64,000 bases of DNA from an uncultured Actinomycetota bacterium. GTDB taxonomy: Bacteria; Actinomycetota; UBA4738; HRBIN12. The stretch is taken from the NCBI GenBank assembly GCA_963784055.1, contig CAWAPY010000015.1:63019-127018 (forward strand). The letters are read 5' to 3'. Of the stretch, positions 11,587-21,201 are shown piece by piece. Every line of letters begins with the position of its first letter. Position 1 is the first letter of the stretch. Made by a program: the position numbers and the translations under genes. The notes under the pieces were generated by a model. It was not told the origin of the DNA. It did not search any database and saw only the letters and a list, made by a program, of their open reading frames with translations.

Positions 11587-12486
11587 TTGATCCTCGTCAC
11601 CGGTGCCTCCGGGGCCATCGGCTCACGGCTCGTCGATCGGTTGATCGAGGCGGGGCACGCACCGCGTGTGGCCGGACGTCACCCCGAGGGCTTGAGAACG
11701 CGTTGGCCCGCTCTCCCTGCCGTGGAGCTGGACGTCCTTCGTCCGGCCACCTCGGGTGCCGCCCTGGAGGGGATCGACGCCGCGTACTACCTGGTGCACT
11801 CGATGGAGTCCGGATCAGGCAGCGGTTTCCGGGAACGTGATGCCGAAGGGGCCCGGACCTTCGCTGGAGCGGCCACGGAGGCGGGGGTTCGACGCGTGAT
11901 CTACCTGAGCGGGCTCGGTCGAGACGACCAGGCGCTCTCGGAGCACCTCGCGAGCCGCCAGGAGACCGGGCGGATCCTCGCCGAGGACGGTCCTCCTCTG
12001 CTGGAGCTGCGGGCGGCGATGGTGATCGGGTCCGGAAGCGCGTCCTACCGGATGCTGACCGACCTCGTGAACCGACTTCCCGCCATGGTCCTCCCTCGAT
12101 GGGTGTCGACGCCGTCGCAGCCGATCTCGATGACCGACGTGCTCGCCTACCTGGTGGCGGCGCTCGAGGTGGACCTCTCGGAGGACCGAACGATCGTGGA
12201 GATCGGCGGTCCGGACATCCTCACCTATCGGGACATGATCGAGATGGTCGCGGAGGAGCGCGGGAAGCATCCCGTCCTGGTCACCGTCCCGTTCCTCACG
12301 CCGAAGCTCTCGTCGTACTGGTGCGCGATCACGACATCGGTACCGATGGCGACCGCCCAGCCGCTGATCGAGGGCATGACCGTGCCCATGGTCGTGCGGC
12401 CGGAGTCGGCGAGCTCGCTGTTCCCCGACATCAGACCCATGTCGTTCCGCGATGCCCTCAAGGAAGCGATCAGGAGCGAGGCGTAG
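11587..12486 (+). CDS. NAD(P)-binding NmrA/epimerase-like protein
   Basis: TTG start after an AGAGAGAGGAAG ribosome-binding site; LILVTGASGAIGSRLVDRLIEAGH Rossmann motif. Confidence 0.65.
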   Translation: MILVTGASGAIGSRLVDRLIEAGHAPRVAGRHPEGLRTRWPALPAVELDVLRPATSGAALEGIDAAYYLVHSMESGSGSGFRERDAEGARTFAGAATEAGVRRVIYLSGLGRDDQALSEHLASRQETGRILAEDGPPLLELRAAMVIGSGSASYRMLTDLVNRLPAMVLPRWVSTPSQPISMTDVLAYLVAALEVDLSEDRTIVEIGGPDILTYRDMIEMVAEERGKHPVLVTVPFLTPKLSSYWCAITTSVPMATAQPLIEGMTVPMVVRPESASSLFPDIRPMSFRDALKEAIRSEA

Positions 12487-12520
12487 GCTCGGGGTCCCGC
12501 GAACGGTGACGGGGGTGCCG

Positions 12521-13318
12521 ATGAGCGAGGAACGGACGCGCCTCGTCCGCGAGCTCACGGACGGTGGCTGCGTCGCACCGGAAGACGAGGCCGACAGCTT
12601 GCTCTCCGCGGTGCGTGAGGGCGTGGGTCCGATCGAGGAGCTGGTCCCCCGACGACTGCGTGGCGAGCCGCTCGCGTGGATCACAGGGTCGGTGACGTTC
12701 TGCGGCCTCCGCGTGGGGATCGACCCCGGCGTGTTCGTGCCTCGTCCGCATACGGAGGCCCTCGCGCGGCGGGGCATCGAGCTCCTGCCGAACGAGGGCG
12801 TCGCCGTCGACCTCTGCACCGGAAGCGGGGCGGTGGCGGTGGTGCTCGCCGCCGCCCATCCGCGAGCCACCGTCGTGGGCACGGACGTCGACCCGGTGGC
12901 GGTCACGTGCGCGCGCCGGAACGGCGTCCAGGCGTCCGTGGGCGATCTCGATGAGGGCTTGCCGTCCACGCTCCGCGGCCGGGTCGACCTGATGACCGCC
13001 GTGGTTCCCTACGTGCCCACCGAGGAGCTCCACCTCCTGCCGAGGGACGTGCTCGCGCACGAACCCCGCGGCGCCCTCGACGGGGGATCGGGCGGAACCC
13101 GTGTGCTCGTGCGCGCCGCCGGAGTGGCGAACGGGTGGCTCCGCCCAGGGGGGAGCGTGCTGCTGGAGCTCGGCGGCGACCAAGCGGCGGAGATGATCGC
13201 GGTCCTCACGGACCTCGACTTCACCGACATCCGTGTGCACACGGATGAGGACGGGCAGGATCGCGCGATCGAGGGCCGACGGAGGCCGTTACCGCCGGGC
13301 GCGGTCGGGCAGGGTTGA
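12521..13318 (+). CDS. HemK/PrmC-like SAM-dependent (N5-glutamine) methyltransferase
   Basis: VDLCTGSGAVAVVLA (SAM-binding), VGTDVDPVAV..., C-terminal NPPY-like region degenerate. Confidence 0.55.
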   Translation: MSEERTRLVRELTDGGCVAPEDEADSLLSAVREGVGPIEELVPRRLRGEPLAWITGSVTFCGLRVGIDPGVFVPRPHTEALARRGIELLPNEGVAVDLCTGSGAVAVVLAAAHPRATVVGTDVDPVAVTCARRNGVQASVGDLDEGLPSTLRGRVDLMTAVVPYVPTEELHLLPRDVLAHEPRGALDGGSGGTRVLVRAAGVANGWLRPGGSVLLELGGDQAAEMIAVLTDLDFTDIRVHTDEDGQDRAIEGRRRPLPPGAVGQG

Positions 13319-13936
13319 CTCGCCGACGTTCGCGTCCAGCCAGGCGACGAGCGGCTTCGAACGCTCGAGGAACGTCACGATCCGGTCCTTGGCTCGTTTC
13401 GTCCCGAGCCACGCGCCGGCCGGCCATTCCTGCCACGCGATCAATCCCTTGAACCGCAGGAGCTCGATCCGGGGATGGTCCTTGGGGTAGCCCTTCGGCG
13501 CCGTCTTCAACACGTCGTGCCCGTGGACGTCCAGTCCCTGCGTTCGCGCGCTCGACACGATCCTCGTCAGGTCCTCGCCGGAGCCGTCATCCGCGACGGC
13601 CTCGCGGTAGCGCTCGAGCTGGTCGGGCGCCATCTCCCACTTCCCGCTCCCGACGGCGAGGCCGCGCGCGTCCACCTGGATGTAGCCGTCACCGAGCGTC
13701 GCCCCGATCGCGGTCTTGTACGGCGACTTGTCGCGGCTGAACCGGATGTCGCGATAGGGACGGAAGATCCGGCCCTCGCCGAACTCGGGCTCCAGCTCGG
13801 CGAGCAGGTCCTCCATGGGCGCGCGCACGATCGTGTCGTACACGTCCTTGTGCCCCTGCCAGTACGCCTTCGAGTTGTCGGCCTCAAGGCCTTCGAAGAA
13901 CTCGAGCGCCTCCACCTTCCATCCGTGGAACGCCAT
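13289..13936 (-). CDS. DUF2461 (TIGR02453) family protein
   Basis: MAFHGWKVEALEFFEGLEADNSKAYWQGHKDVYD... typical of the TIGR02453 family. Confidence 0.6.
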   Translation of the reverse strand: MAFHGWKVEALEFFEGLEADNSKAYWQGHKDVYDTIVRAPMEDLLAELEPEFGEGRIFRPYRDIRFSRDKSPYKTAIGATLGDGYIQVDARGLAVGSGKWEMAPDQLERYREAVADDGSGEDLTRIVSSARTQGLDVHGHDVLKTAPKGYPKDHPRIELLRFKGLIAWQEWPAGAWLGTKRAKDRIVTFLERSKPLVAWLDANVGESTLPDRARR

Positions 13937-14031
13937 CGGATCCGACCTCCTCGACCCTCGTCGCCGGATCGAGAGCCTATCCGGCGCGGCCGACACGCCT
14001 CACGAGACGGGCGAGGAGGATCGAGCCCGGC

Positions 14032-15003
14032 TCAGGTGCAGGCGACCGTCCCTGCGTCGTCGAACTCCGGGTCGCCGGGCACGGAGACCCATGCGTAGTC
14101 GTAGGAGCTCTCGTGCAGCGTCATCTGCAACACGCCGAACGCCTTGTTCTGGGTGGCCTCGAGGTTCTCGGGCATCGGAGGACGCCCGAACGCATACAGC
14201 TGTCGCCCGCCCGTGCCCACCGTGAACTGCACCGTGCCTCCGGCGACGGCGTTGCCGTGCGCGTCCTGTGGAGCCCACCGCTGGTAGAGATGGTTGTTCC
14301 CGTCGAGCACGACGTCGACGCCTTCGTCGGCGAACACCTCCCAGATCGGGACGAGGTAGTCGGTCTCGGAACCACCGAACTGGGTGGTGCCGTCGTCCTC
14401 GATCCACTTCTGGAACGGCCGCCAGTCGTAGCGAGGGTGATGCATGAACGCGAGCGTGCAGGTCGCGTCCGCGTTCGCCTCGAGGTCCGCACGGAGCCAG
14501 TCGCCCTGGGGCGTGCCAGGCCCGCAGCCGGGGTCGTCGCCGCAGATGGCGGAGTTCAGCGACACGATGTGCCAGGCCCCGAGGTCGAAGGAATAGAAGC
14601 CGAGCGGGGGATGGGCCGCGGCGCCGAAGTAGGCGAAGTAGCCGGCGGCATCGGTCGTCCCGTACTCGTGGTTCCCCGGCGTCGGCATGGTGATCTCCCG
14701 GAGGTCGCCGAACTGGACATCCCAGACGCGGAGGAACTCCGAGAGCTTCCCGTTGCTGTACTGGAGGTCGCCGATCGCGAGGAACCGGTCGGGATCGATC
14801 TCGCGGATCAGGTCCGCGACGTCTCCCGATCGGCACGCGCCCATGCCCTGCCCCTGCGTCAGCGACTGGCAGGCGATGTCGCCCACGGCCACGATCACGG
14901 GATCGTGCTCCGTCGCACCGGCGCCGGGCGCGAGGAGGCCGGTCGCCGCAGCCAGCGCGATCACGGCGGCCGAGAGGCGGATCGAGCGGGTGGAGCGGCG
15001 CAT
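14032..15003 (-). CDS. secreted metallophosphoesterase (calcineurin-like)
   Basis: GGAAGGAG ribosome-binding site before ATG 15003; signal peptide; GDIAC...GDLQY...GNHEY phosphoesterase motifs. Confidence 0.7.
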   Translation of the reverse strand: MRRSTRSIRLSAAVIALAAATGLLAPGAGATEHDPVIVAVGDIACQSLTQGQGMGACRSGDVADLIREIDPDRFLAIGDLQYSNGKLSEFLRVWDVQFGDLREITMPTPGNHEYGTTDAAGYFAYFGAAAHPPLGFYSFDLGAWHIVSLNSAICGDDPGCGPGTPQGDWLRADLEANADATCTLAFMHHPRYDWRPFQKWIEDDGTTQFGGSETDYLVPIWEVFADEGVDVVLDGNNHLYQRWAPQDAHGNAVAGGTVQFTVGTGGRQLYAFGRPPMPENLEATQNKAFGVLQMTLHESSYDYAWVSVPGDPEFDDAGTVACT

Positions 15004-15095
15004 GGGATCTCCTTCCGGGGGCGGGGGCGCGTATTCAAGCACGCCGGGCACCGTGGTGGGAATGTCTCCCGGAGACACCGGCCCCGCGCCCGACG

Positions 15096-15404
15096 TCAGA
15101 ACGTGCCGTACAGGTCGCTCGAGGGGTCGAAGAAGCCGCCGGCCGGGCGGGCATGCGCGTGCCAGTGCTCCGGGATCCGGCGTCGCTCGGGGTCGATCCA
15201 GTAGCCGTCGTGCCCGTACCGGTCGGTGGCGATGCGCTCGAGCCGGGTCAACAGTACCGTCTCGAGCTCGGCCCCGGGCAGCCCGTGTGCGCGCCACACG
15301 ATCATCGGGGTTCGGCACACGAGGCACTCCGCGACCCAGCAGTCGTCGTCCTCGTGGAGCCACGGGGTGACCTGTTCGGCGGCGCAGAGCTGACAGTCAT
15401 CCAT
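15096..15404 (-). CDS. small Cys-rich hypothetical protein (CxxC...CxxC)
   Basis: MDDCQLCAAEQ...CWVAECLVCRT; start overlaps the 3' end of the DUF192 gene by 8 nt. Confidence 0.4.
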   Translation of the reverse strand: MDDCQLCAAEQVTPWLHEDDDCWVAECLVCRTPMIVWRAHGLPGAELETVLLTRLERIATDRYGHDGYWIDPERRRIPEHWHAHARPAGGFFDPSSDLYGTF

Positions 15405-15864
15405 CGAGGCTCCTCTGGAGCTCCGCTCGATCGCCGGCACCCACGCCGTGGTCGTCGAACCAGCCCTGGTTCGCTTCGACCGCGAGGACGAACGGCTCGT
15501 CGATCCCGTACGAGGGGCACGGGTCCGTCTCGCACGGCTCCATGTCCAGGACGTCGATCACGAGCCCGGACTCGTCGACGAAGGCCACCGAGAGCGGCAC
15601 GAGTGTGTCCTTCATCCAGAACGTGCTGTCGACCGGCCCCGGCCACACGAAGGCCATCCCGTGATCGGCGGGGAGCTCCTCGATGCCCATCAAACCCCTC
15701 CGTCGTTCCTGCGGATCGTCCGCGAGGTCGACCGCGAGGGTCGCGTCCGTTCCTCCGAACGTCATCGTCGACCCCGGGCGGGCATCCGAGGGCTCGGGTG
15801 TGTCGTCGGTACACGCCCCCGCGAGGATCAGTGAGACCAGCGCCATGATGATCCGCCGCATCAC
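15397..15864 (-). CDS. DUF192-domain secreted/lipoprotein
   Basis: Lipobox-like LILAGAC; DUF192 core (MGIEELPADHGMAFVWPGPVDSTFWMKDTLVPLSVAFVDESGLVIDVLDMEPC). Confidence 0.6.
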   Translation of the reverse strand: MMRRIIMALVSLILAGACTDDTPEPSDARPGSTMTFGGTDATLAVDLADDPQERRRGLMGIEELPADHGMAFVWPGPVDSTFWMKDTLVPLSVAFVDESGLVIDVLDMEPCETDPCPSYGIDEPFVLAVEANQGWFDDHGVGAGDRAELQRSLDG

Positions 15865-15915
15865 GTCATCGTGCCACGGTCCGCGTCCGACCCATTGTTA
15901 TCATCGCTCCTTGCC

Positions 15916-15991
15916 GCCGGAGTAGCTCAGTCGGCAGAGCGCCTCCATGGTAAGGAGGAGGTCAGGGGTTCGATTCCCCTCTCCGGCTCCA
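15916..15991 (+). tRNA. tRNA-Thr(GGT), CCA encoded
   Basis: Hand-folded cloverleaf: acceptor GCCGGAG/CTCCGGC, D arm GCTC-AGTCGGCA-GAGC, anticodon stem CCTCC/GGAGG with loop ATGGTAA, T loop TTCGATT. Confidence 0.9.
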
Positions 15992-16031
15992 CCTCTTCCA
16001 TCTCACCCTCCTCATCCACCCGCGCGCCAAC

Positions 16032-16946
16032 ATGCGACAAGATGCCCCCATGGGCATGACGCCGTCGCCCCCAATCCCCCCACGGCCCGACCTGCCCGTC
16101 AGATCGTCAGCCGGGAGGAAGTCGCGCTGGCTGGCGGTCGGGATCATCGTCGCTACGGTCGCCGTTCTCGTGATCGGCGCCGTCGCGGGGATCGGAGGAA
16201 GCGACCCGCCCACGCGGGGAGTCGCCGTCACGTGGGAGGAGGGTCGGACCTACGAGTTCGAGATCGTGTCCTGGGCCGAAGGCGTGACGGACTCGCCCGA
16301 GGGCGCGACCCGGAGGGCCGACGCCGTCGAAGACGTCCGATTCAGGATCGATGAGCTCGGCGGTGATGGATCCGTGGTGGCATCGATGGAGGTCACCGAT
16401 CGAGATCTCCAGGTCGATGGGGGAACGGGCACGTTGCGGGACCCGTTCACCGTTCGGGTCGAGCTCAGCCCGGAAGGCTTCGTTTCCAGCCGATTCGGCT
16501 TCGGTGTGCCGACGGGCGTCTCGGAAGGCACCGGGCTCCTGAGTCCGGGTCAGTTCATCCCGGTGTTCAAGCGTCGCGACATCCGACCCGGGGACCGTTG
16601 GGAAGACCACCTGAGCGTGGACAGCCTCTCCGGTGGCCCGCCGCTGGTCTGGGACCTCGTGGGACACTTCCTCGGGACGGAGACGGTGAACGGTCGACAG
16701 CTGATCCACATCGAGGCCGATCTCACCGCTCCAGCGGGGACGGAATCGTTCCCCGATCAAGGAGTGGAGTTCATCGCCTCCGAGATCGTCGTCGACCAGG
16801 ACATCTATCTCGATCCCGAAACGCACCAGCTGATCCTCTTCGAGAGCGAGCAAGAAGGCAGGGTTGAGATCCGTGCCCTCGAGAGTGGCGATGTGTTGGC
16901 CCGATTCGACGGAACACTCGGACTGCGCGTTCGGAGCACCTCGTGA
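16032..16946 (+). CDS. membrane-anchored hypothetical protein (single N-terminal transmembrane segment)
   Basis: ORF with WLAVGIIVATVAVLVIGAVAGI transmembrane segment; 3' end overlaps the rhomboid GTG start (GTGA). Confidence 0.5.
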   Translation: MRQDAPMGMTPSPPIPPRPDLPVRSSAGRKSRWLAVGIIVATVAVLVIGAVAGIGGSDPPTRGVAVTWEEGRTYEFEIVSWAEGVTDSPEGATRRADAVEDVRFRIDELGGDGSVVASMEVTDRDLQVDGGTGTLRDPFTVRVELSPEGFVSSRFGFGVPTGVSEGTGLLSPGQFIPVFKRRDIRPGDRWEDHLSVDSLSGGPPLVWDLVGHFLGTETVNGRQLIHIEADLTAPAGTESFPDQGVEFIASEIVVDQDIYLDPETHQLILFESEQEGRVEIRALESGDVLARFDGTLGLRVRSTS

Positions 16947-17758
16947 TCCCGCTGCGTGACATCAACCCGACGAGCCGGACGGCGTGGGTCACGCTCGCCC
17001 TGATCGTCGCCAACGTCGCGGTCTTCCTGCTCTGGGAGCCGACCTTCGCCGCCCAGTCCGAGCAGCAGGAGTTCTTCTTCTGCCAGGCGCAGATCCCGTT
17101 CGAGCTCACCCACCAGACGTCGCTCGCCGACGGCGGAGTGGAGGCGCTCGAGGCGATCCAGGAGACGTTCCGGGCGGGGGAGAGCGAGGCCGCCGGGCTC
17201 CAGGACTTCCTCGAGCAGCGATGCCCGGACAAGAGCTGGCTGACCTCGATCTTCGTCTCGATGTTCCTCCATGGAGGCTGGCTCCACCTCGCCGGGAACA
17301 TGCTGTTCCTCTGGATCTTCGGCAACAACATCGAGGACCGGCTCGGGCGGATCATGTTCGTCTCCTTCTACGTGCTGGGTGGACTGGCCGCGACCGGGCT
17401 CCAGGTCGCGTTCGACCCGAACTCGGCCGTTCCGAACGTGGGCGCGTCCGGCGCGATCGCGGCGATCCTCGGCGCCTACCTCGTGATGTTCCCGAGGGCG
17501 CGGATCCATACGCTCGTGATCTTCGTGTTCATCACGTTCCTCGACCTTCCCGCCACAGTCGTGCTGGTGGGGTGGTTCGTCCTCCAGCTCTTCAGTGGGG
17601 TCGGCGAGATGGGGAGAGAGCTCGGTGGTGGGGGTGTCGCGTACTGGGCGCACGTGGGCGGCTTCGCGTTCGGCCTGGTCGTAACCTGGCTCTTCTTCCG
17701 GTCCCGCGGACGGCGTGATCGATACGCGCTGCCGCCACCACCTCCGTTCCGGGACTGA
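16943..17758 (+). CDS. rhomboid-family intramembrane serine protease
   Basis: FLHGGWLHLAGNMLFLWIFG, catalytic GASGAI and downstream H in AHVGGFAFG. Confidence 0.8.
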   Translation: MIPLRDINPTSRTAWVTLALIVANVAVFLLWEPTFAAQSEQQEFFFCQAQIPFELTHQTSLADGGVEALEAIQETFRAGESEAAGLQDFLEQRCPDKSWLTSIFVSMFLHGGWLHLAGNMLFLWIFGNNIEDRLGRIMFVSFYVLGGLAATGLQVAFDPNSAVPNVGASGAIAAILGAYLVMFPRARIHTLVIFVFITFLDLPATVVLVGWFVLQLFSGVGEMGRELGGGGVAYWAHVGGFAFGLVVTWLFFRSRGRRDRYALPPPPPFRD

Positions 17759-17761
17759 CGG

Positions 17762-18799
17762 CTATCCGATGACCGCGCGGAGGTAGTAGAGCCAGAACGC
17801 CGGGATCTCGCGCGTGATGAGCCCTTTGGTCTGCTGGATCGAGGTGGTCCTGGCCGGCACCGTCCACACCTCCACGCCGGCCGCGGCGTAGGCCAACTTG
17901 ATCCGAGGCAGGTGGTAGAACTGGCTGACCGCGAGGACGCGGTCCAAGCCGCGGTCTCGGAGGATCCGCGTCGTGTTCGCGACGCTCGCCGAGGTCGTAT
18001 CGCCCTCCGGGTCCAGGACGACCGCGCCGGTGGGCACACCCAGGTCCACCGCGAGATCGCGCATCACGACCGTCTCGTCGAACCCCGTAGGCTCGATGCC
18101 GCCGGTCATCACGATCGTGTCCGCCAGGCCTTCGCGATACACCTCGCTCGCGGTCAGCACACGGTTCGCGAGCGTGATCGACGGGGTGCCGTCGAGCCGA
18201 ACGCGGGCGCCGAAGACCACGATCGCATCGGCGGGCCTCCGGTAGTCCGTCGTTCCGAAGAAGGCGATCTGCAGCAGCGGGAGGCCGACCACGAAGACGA
18301 GGGAGACGATGGCGACTGTGCCGATCGCGATCCTCCGCGGAACCGTGGGCGCCGGCCGGAGCATCGAGAGGGCGACGAGGCCGAGCACGATCGCGATCAC
18401 GAGCGACAGCGGCACCGGGCTCCGCGGCTCGATGCTCCCGGTGTCCCAGACGCGGTAGTAGCCGATCGCGTTCCACAGGACGATCAGCTCGACGACGGCG
18501 ACCGCCACGATGGACAGGGTTCGACGCCGTCCGGGCGACGCCGGTCGCACGCCGTGCGCCACCAGCGCCGTTCCGACCGCCACCATCAGGACCGCACCGA
18601 CCGGGTCGGGAAGGAAGCGCAGGTCGATCCACCAGATGTTCGGATCGAACGCCGGGTTGCGGAGGCCGGCGAGGACGTTGAGCAGCGAGAGGGCGCCGAA
18701 CCACACCGCGAGGACCCGAGCGCCGACGTGCAGGACCTCGGAGACGCCCGCGTCTCTCCGGGTCTGCTCGACCGGAACCGCTACCGGGGTCGCTGCCAC
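17762..18799 (-). CDS. DUF218 (ElyC/SanA/YdcF-like) membrane protein
   Basis: Multiple N-terminal transmembrane segments plus DUF218-like core (IVVFGARV...VMTGG...); the overlapping ORF 17592..18704 in another frame is Arg/Pro-rich junk. Confidence 0.6.
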   Translation of the reverse strand: MAATPVAVPVEQTRRDAGVSEVLHVGARVLAVWFGALSLLNVLAGLRNPAFDPNIWWIDLRFLPDPVGAVLMVAVGTALVAHGVRPASPGRRRTLSIVAVAVVELIVLWNAIGYYRVWDTGSIEPRSPVPLSLVIAIVLGLVALSMLRPAPTVPRRIAIGTVAIVSLVFVVGLPLLQIAFFGTTDYRRPADAIVVFGARVRLDGTPSITLANRVLTASEVYREGLADTIVMTGGIEPTGFDETVVMRDLAVDLGVPTGAVVLDPEGDTTSASVANTTRILRDRGLDRVLAVSQFYHLPRIKLAYAAAGVEVWTVPARTTSIQQTKGLITREIPAFWLYYLRAVIG

Positions 18800-18882
18800 C
18801 GTGGCACCGTATCCCCTGCTCAGGAGCGGGGCCAGGGTTCGTGCCGCGAGCGCGTCGTCGCAGGTAAACTGGGCGACCGCCG

Positions 18883-18954
18883 GGCGGGGTAGCTCAGTGG
18901 TAGAGCAAGCGGCTCATAATCGCTGTGTCGGCGGTTCGATCCCGCCCCCCGCTA
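18883..18954 (+). tRNA. tRNA-Met(CAT), elongator type; no encoded CCA; G1-U72 wobble in the acceptor stem
   Basis: Acceptor GGCGGGG/CCCCGCT, D arm GCTC-AGTGGTA-GAGC, anticodon stem AGCGG/TCGCT with loop CTCATAA, T loop TTCGATC. Confidence 0.85.
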
Positions 18955-18993
18955 CGAAGAGAGCCGAGTAGACCTCCGAGGAGACCACGAGAG

Positions 18994-20178
18994 ATGGGCA
19001 AGAAGAAGTTCGAGCGGACGAAGCCGCACGTGAACATCGGCACGATCGGCCATATCGACCACGGCAAGACCACGCTGACCGCTGCGATCACGAAGCGTCA
19101 GGCCGAGAAGGGCATGGCGGACTTCACGCCGTTCGATCAGATCGACAAGGCTCCCGAGGAGCGAGAGCGCGGGATCACGATCGCGATCGCCCACGTCGAG
19201 TACGAGACCGACAATCGCCACTACGCCCACGTCGACTGTCCCGGCCACGCCGACTACGTGAAGAACATGATCACGGGCGCCGCCCAGATGGACGGCGCGA
19301 TCCTCGTGGTCTCGGCGGCCGACGGCCCCATGCCGCAGACGCGCGAGCACGTGCTCCTCGCCCGCCAGGTGGGCGTCCCTTCCATCATCGTGGCGCTGAA
19401 CAAGTGCGACATGGTCGACGACCCCGAGCTCCTCGACCTCGTCGAGCTCGAGGTGCGGGAGCTGCTCTCGTCCTACGAGTTCCCGGGCGACGACGTGCCC
19501 GTGGTGCAGATCTCCGCCCTGAAGGCCCTCGAGGGTGACGAGACGTGGAACGGCAAGATCGACGAACTGCTCGCCGCGTGCGACTCCTACATCCCCGAAC
19601 CGACCCGAGACACCGAGAAGCCCTTCCTGATGCCGATCGAGGACGTCTTCTCGATCACCGGCCGTGGCACGGTCGTCACGGGCCGGGTCGACCGGGGCAC
19701 GCTCGCCAAGATGAGCGAGATCGAGATCGTCGGCATCAAGGACACGCGCAAGACGATCGCCACCGACCTCGAGATGTTCCGCAAGCTCCTGGACGAGGTC
19801 CAGGCCGGCGACAACGTGGGCGTCCTGCTCCGCGGCATCGACAAGGAGGACGTCGAGCGCGGACAGGTCTTGGCGAAGCCGGGTTCGATCACTCCCCACA
19901 CGGAGTTCGAGGCCCAGGTCTACATCCTGTCCAAGGAGGAGGGCGGCCGACACACACCGTTCTTCGACGGCTACCGTCCCCAGTTCTACTTCCGGACCAC
20001 CGACGTGACCGGCCAGGCGCACTTGCCCGGGGGCGTGGAGATGGTGATGCCCGGCGACAACGTGGAGATGAAGGTCGACATGATCGCCCCGATCGCGATG
20101 GAGGAAGGCCTGCGCTTCGCGATCCGCGAGGGCGGCCGGACCGTCGGCGCGGGCAGGGTCACGAAGGTCGTGAAGTAG
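18994..20178 (+). CDS. tuf: elongation factor Tu, copy 1 (tufB-like position downstream of a tRNA and upstream of rpmG)
   Basis: 394 aa, [23 protein letters not shown]; AGGAG ribosome-binding site. Confidence 0.95.
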   Translation: MGKKKFERTKPHVNIGTIGHIDHGKTTLTAAITKRQAEKGMADFTPFDQIDKAPEERERGITIAIAHVEYETDNRHYAHVDCPGHADYVKNMITGAAQMDGAILVVSAADGPMPQTREHVLLARQVGVPSIIVALNKCDMVDDPELLDLVELEVRELLSSYEFPGDDVPVVQISALKALEGDETWNGKIDELLAACDSYIPEPTRDTEKPFLMPIEDVFSITGRGTVVTGRVDRGTLAKMSEIEIVGIKDTRKTIATDLEMFRKLLDEVQAGDNVGVLLRGIDKEDVERGQVLAKPGSITPHTEFEAQVYILSKEEGGRHTPFFDGYRPQFYFRTTDVTGQAHLPGGVEMVMPGDNVEMKVDMIAPIAMEEGLRFAIREGGRTVGAGRVTKVVK

Positions 20179-20180
20179 CG

Positions 20181-20348
20181 ATGGCCCGCAAGGAAGGCAA
20201 CCGCCCCAAGATCACGCTGGCCTGTTCTGACTGCAAGCGGCGGAACTACAACACGGTGAAGAACCGCGTGAACGACCGGGACCGGATCGAGCTCAAGAAG
20301 TACTGCCGATGGTGCCGCTCGCACACGCTGCACCGCGAGACGCGCTAG
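20181..20348 (+). CDS. rpmG: 50S ribosomal protein L33 (Zn-ribbon C4 form)
   Basis: [55 protein letters not shown]. Confidence 0.9.
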   Translation: MARKEGNRPKITLACSDCKRRNYNTVKNRVNDRDRIELKKYCRWCRSHTLHRETR

Positions 20349-20357
20349 CGATCGCGA

Positions 20358-21098
20358 TCAGGACGCGTCGACGTCCGTCTGCGGGAGCTTCTCGTTCGTC
20401 TTGACCTTGCCGAAGCGGATCGCCGCGACGACGGCATCGGTCTTGGAGTGAACGCCGAGCTTGGTCAGGACGTTCTGGATGTGCGTCCGCAGCGTGTGAC
20501 GGCTCATCCCGAGCTCGTTCGCGATGTCGACCGAGGCCTCGCCGGCGGCTACACGCTGGAGGATCTCGAGCTCTCGAGGCGTCAGGCGCTCCACCCGCTG
20601 CGCGAGCTCGCCGTCGGTCCGCCGCTGCATCCGGAACCGCGCCAAGGAGAGCTCGACCTCACTCACCGCGTGAAGCGGCTCACCACGGTTCGCCCGGCGG
20701 ATCGCGTCCGCGAGCTCCGAGACGGCCTGGGTCTTCCGCAGGAACCCGCGAGCTCCGGCTTCGACGGCACGGGCCAGCACGACATCGTCGTCGTGACCGG
20801 ACAGGAGGATGACCTTCGTGTCCGAGGCCTCCCGATGGATCCGCCTGGTCGCTTCGAGTCCGTCGACACCGGGCATCCCCACGTCCATCAGGAGCACGTC
20901 GGGGTGCTGCACCTGGGCGGACTCGATCGCAGACTCGCCGTCAGTGACGACCTCGATCACCGTGAGATCGTCCTCGTTGTCCAGCGCGATCTGCAGGGCC
21001 TCACCGAAGGAGCGATGATCGTCGGCGATGACGACTCGGATGTCCCCCTCGGCCGTCCCAGATGCCTTGCGGTCCTTCGGCCTGGCTCGGGCAGCCAT
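20358..21098 (-). CDS. NarL/FixJ (LuxR)-family response regulator with canonical receiver, orphan (no adjacent kinase)
   Basis: Receiver VVIADDH...LLMDVGMPG...KVILLSGH...K plus C-terminal LuxR helix-turn-helix (LTPRELEILQRVAAGEASVDIANELGMSRHTLRTHIQNVLTKLG); start at internal ATG 21098. Confidence 0.8.
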   Translation of the reverse strand: MAARARPKDRKASGTAEGDIRVVIADDHRSFGEALQIALDNEDDLTVIEVVTDGESAIESAQVQHPDVLLMDVGMPGVDGLEATRRIHREASDTKVILLSGHDDDVVLARAVEAGARGFLRKTQAVSELADAIRRANRGEPLHAVSEVELSLARFRMQRRTDGELAQRVERLTPRELEILQRVAAGEASVDIANELGMSRHTLRTHIQNVLTKLGVHSKTDAVVAAIRFGKVKTNEKLPQTDVDAS

Positions 21099-21201
21099 AT
21101 CGCGGCATCGTAGGCATGTTGGTCTACGGAATCGAGTACCCCCACCGCCGGATTTTCCCGGGTCCCCCGTCTGAGGGACGCCGGACGCCCCCCGACCGGC
21201 G

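Noticed and set aside
12470-13240. 256-aa minus ORF and 384-aa minus ORF (11815..12969)
   Set aside because: Antisense to the NmrA-like and HemK-like genes; composition artefacts.
17592-18704. 370-aa minus-strand ORF overlapping the DUF218 gene in another frame
   Set aside because: Arg/Pro/Gly-rich with no hydrophobic segments. The co-located 17762..18799 frame has transmembrane helices and a DUF218 core.
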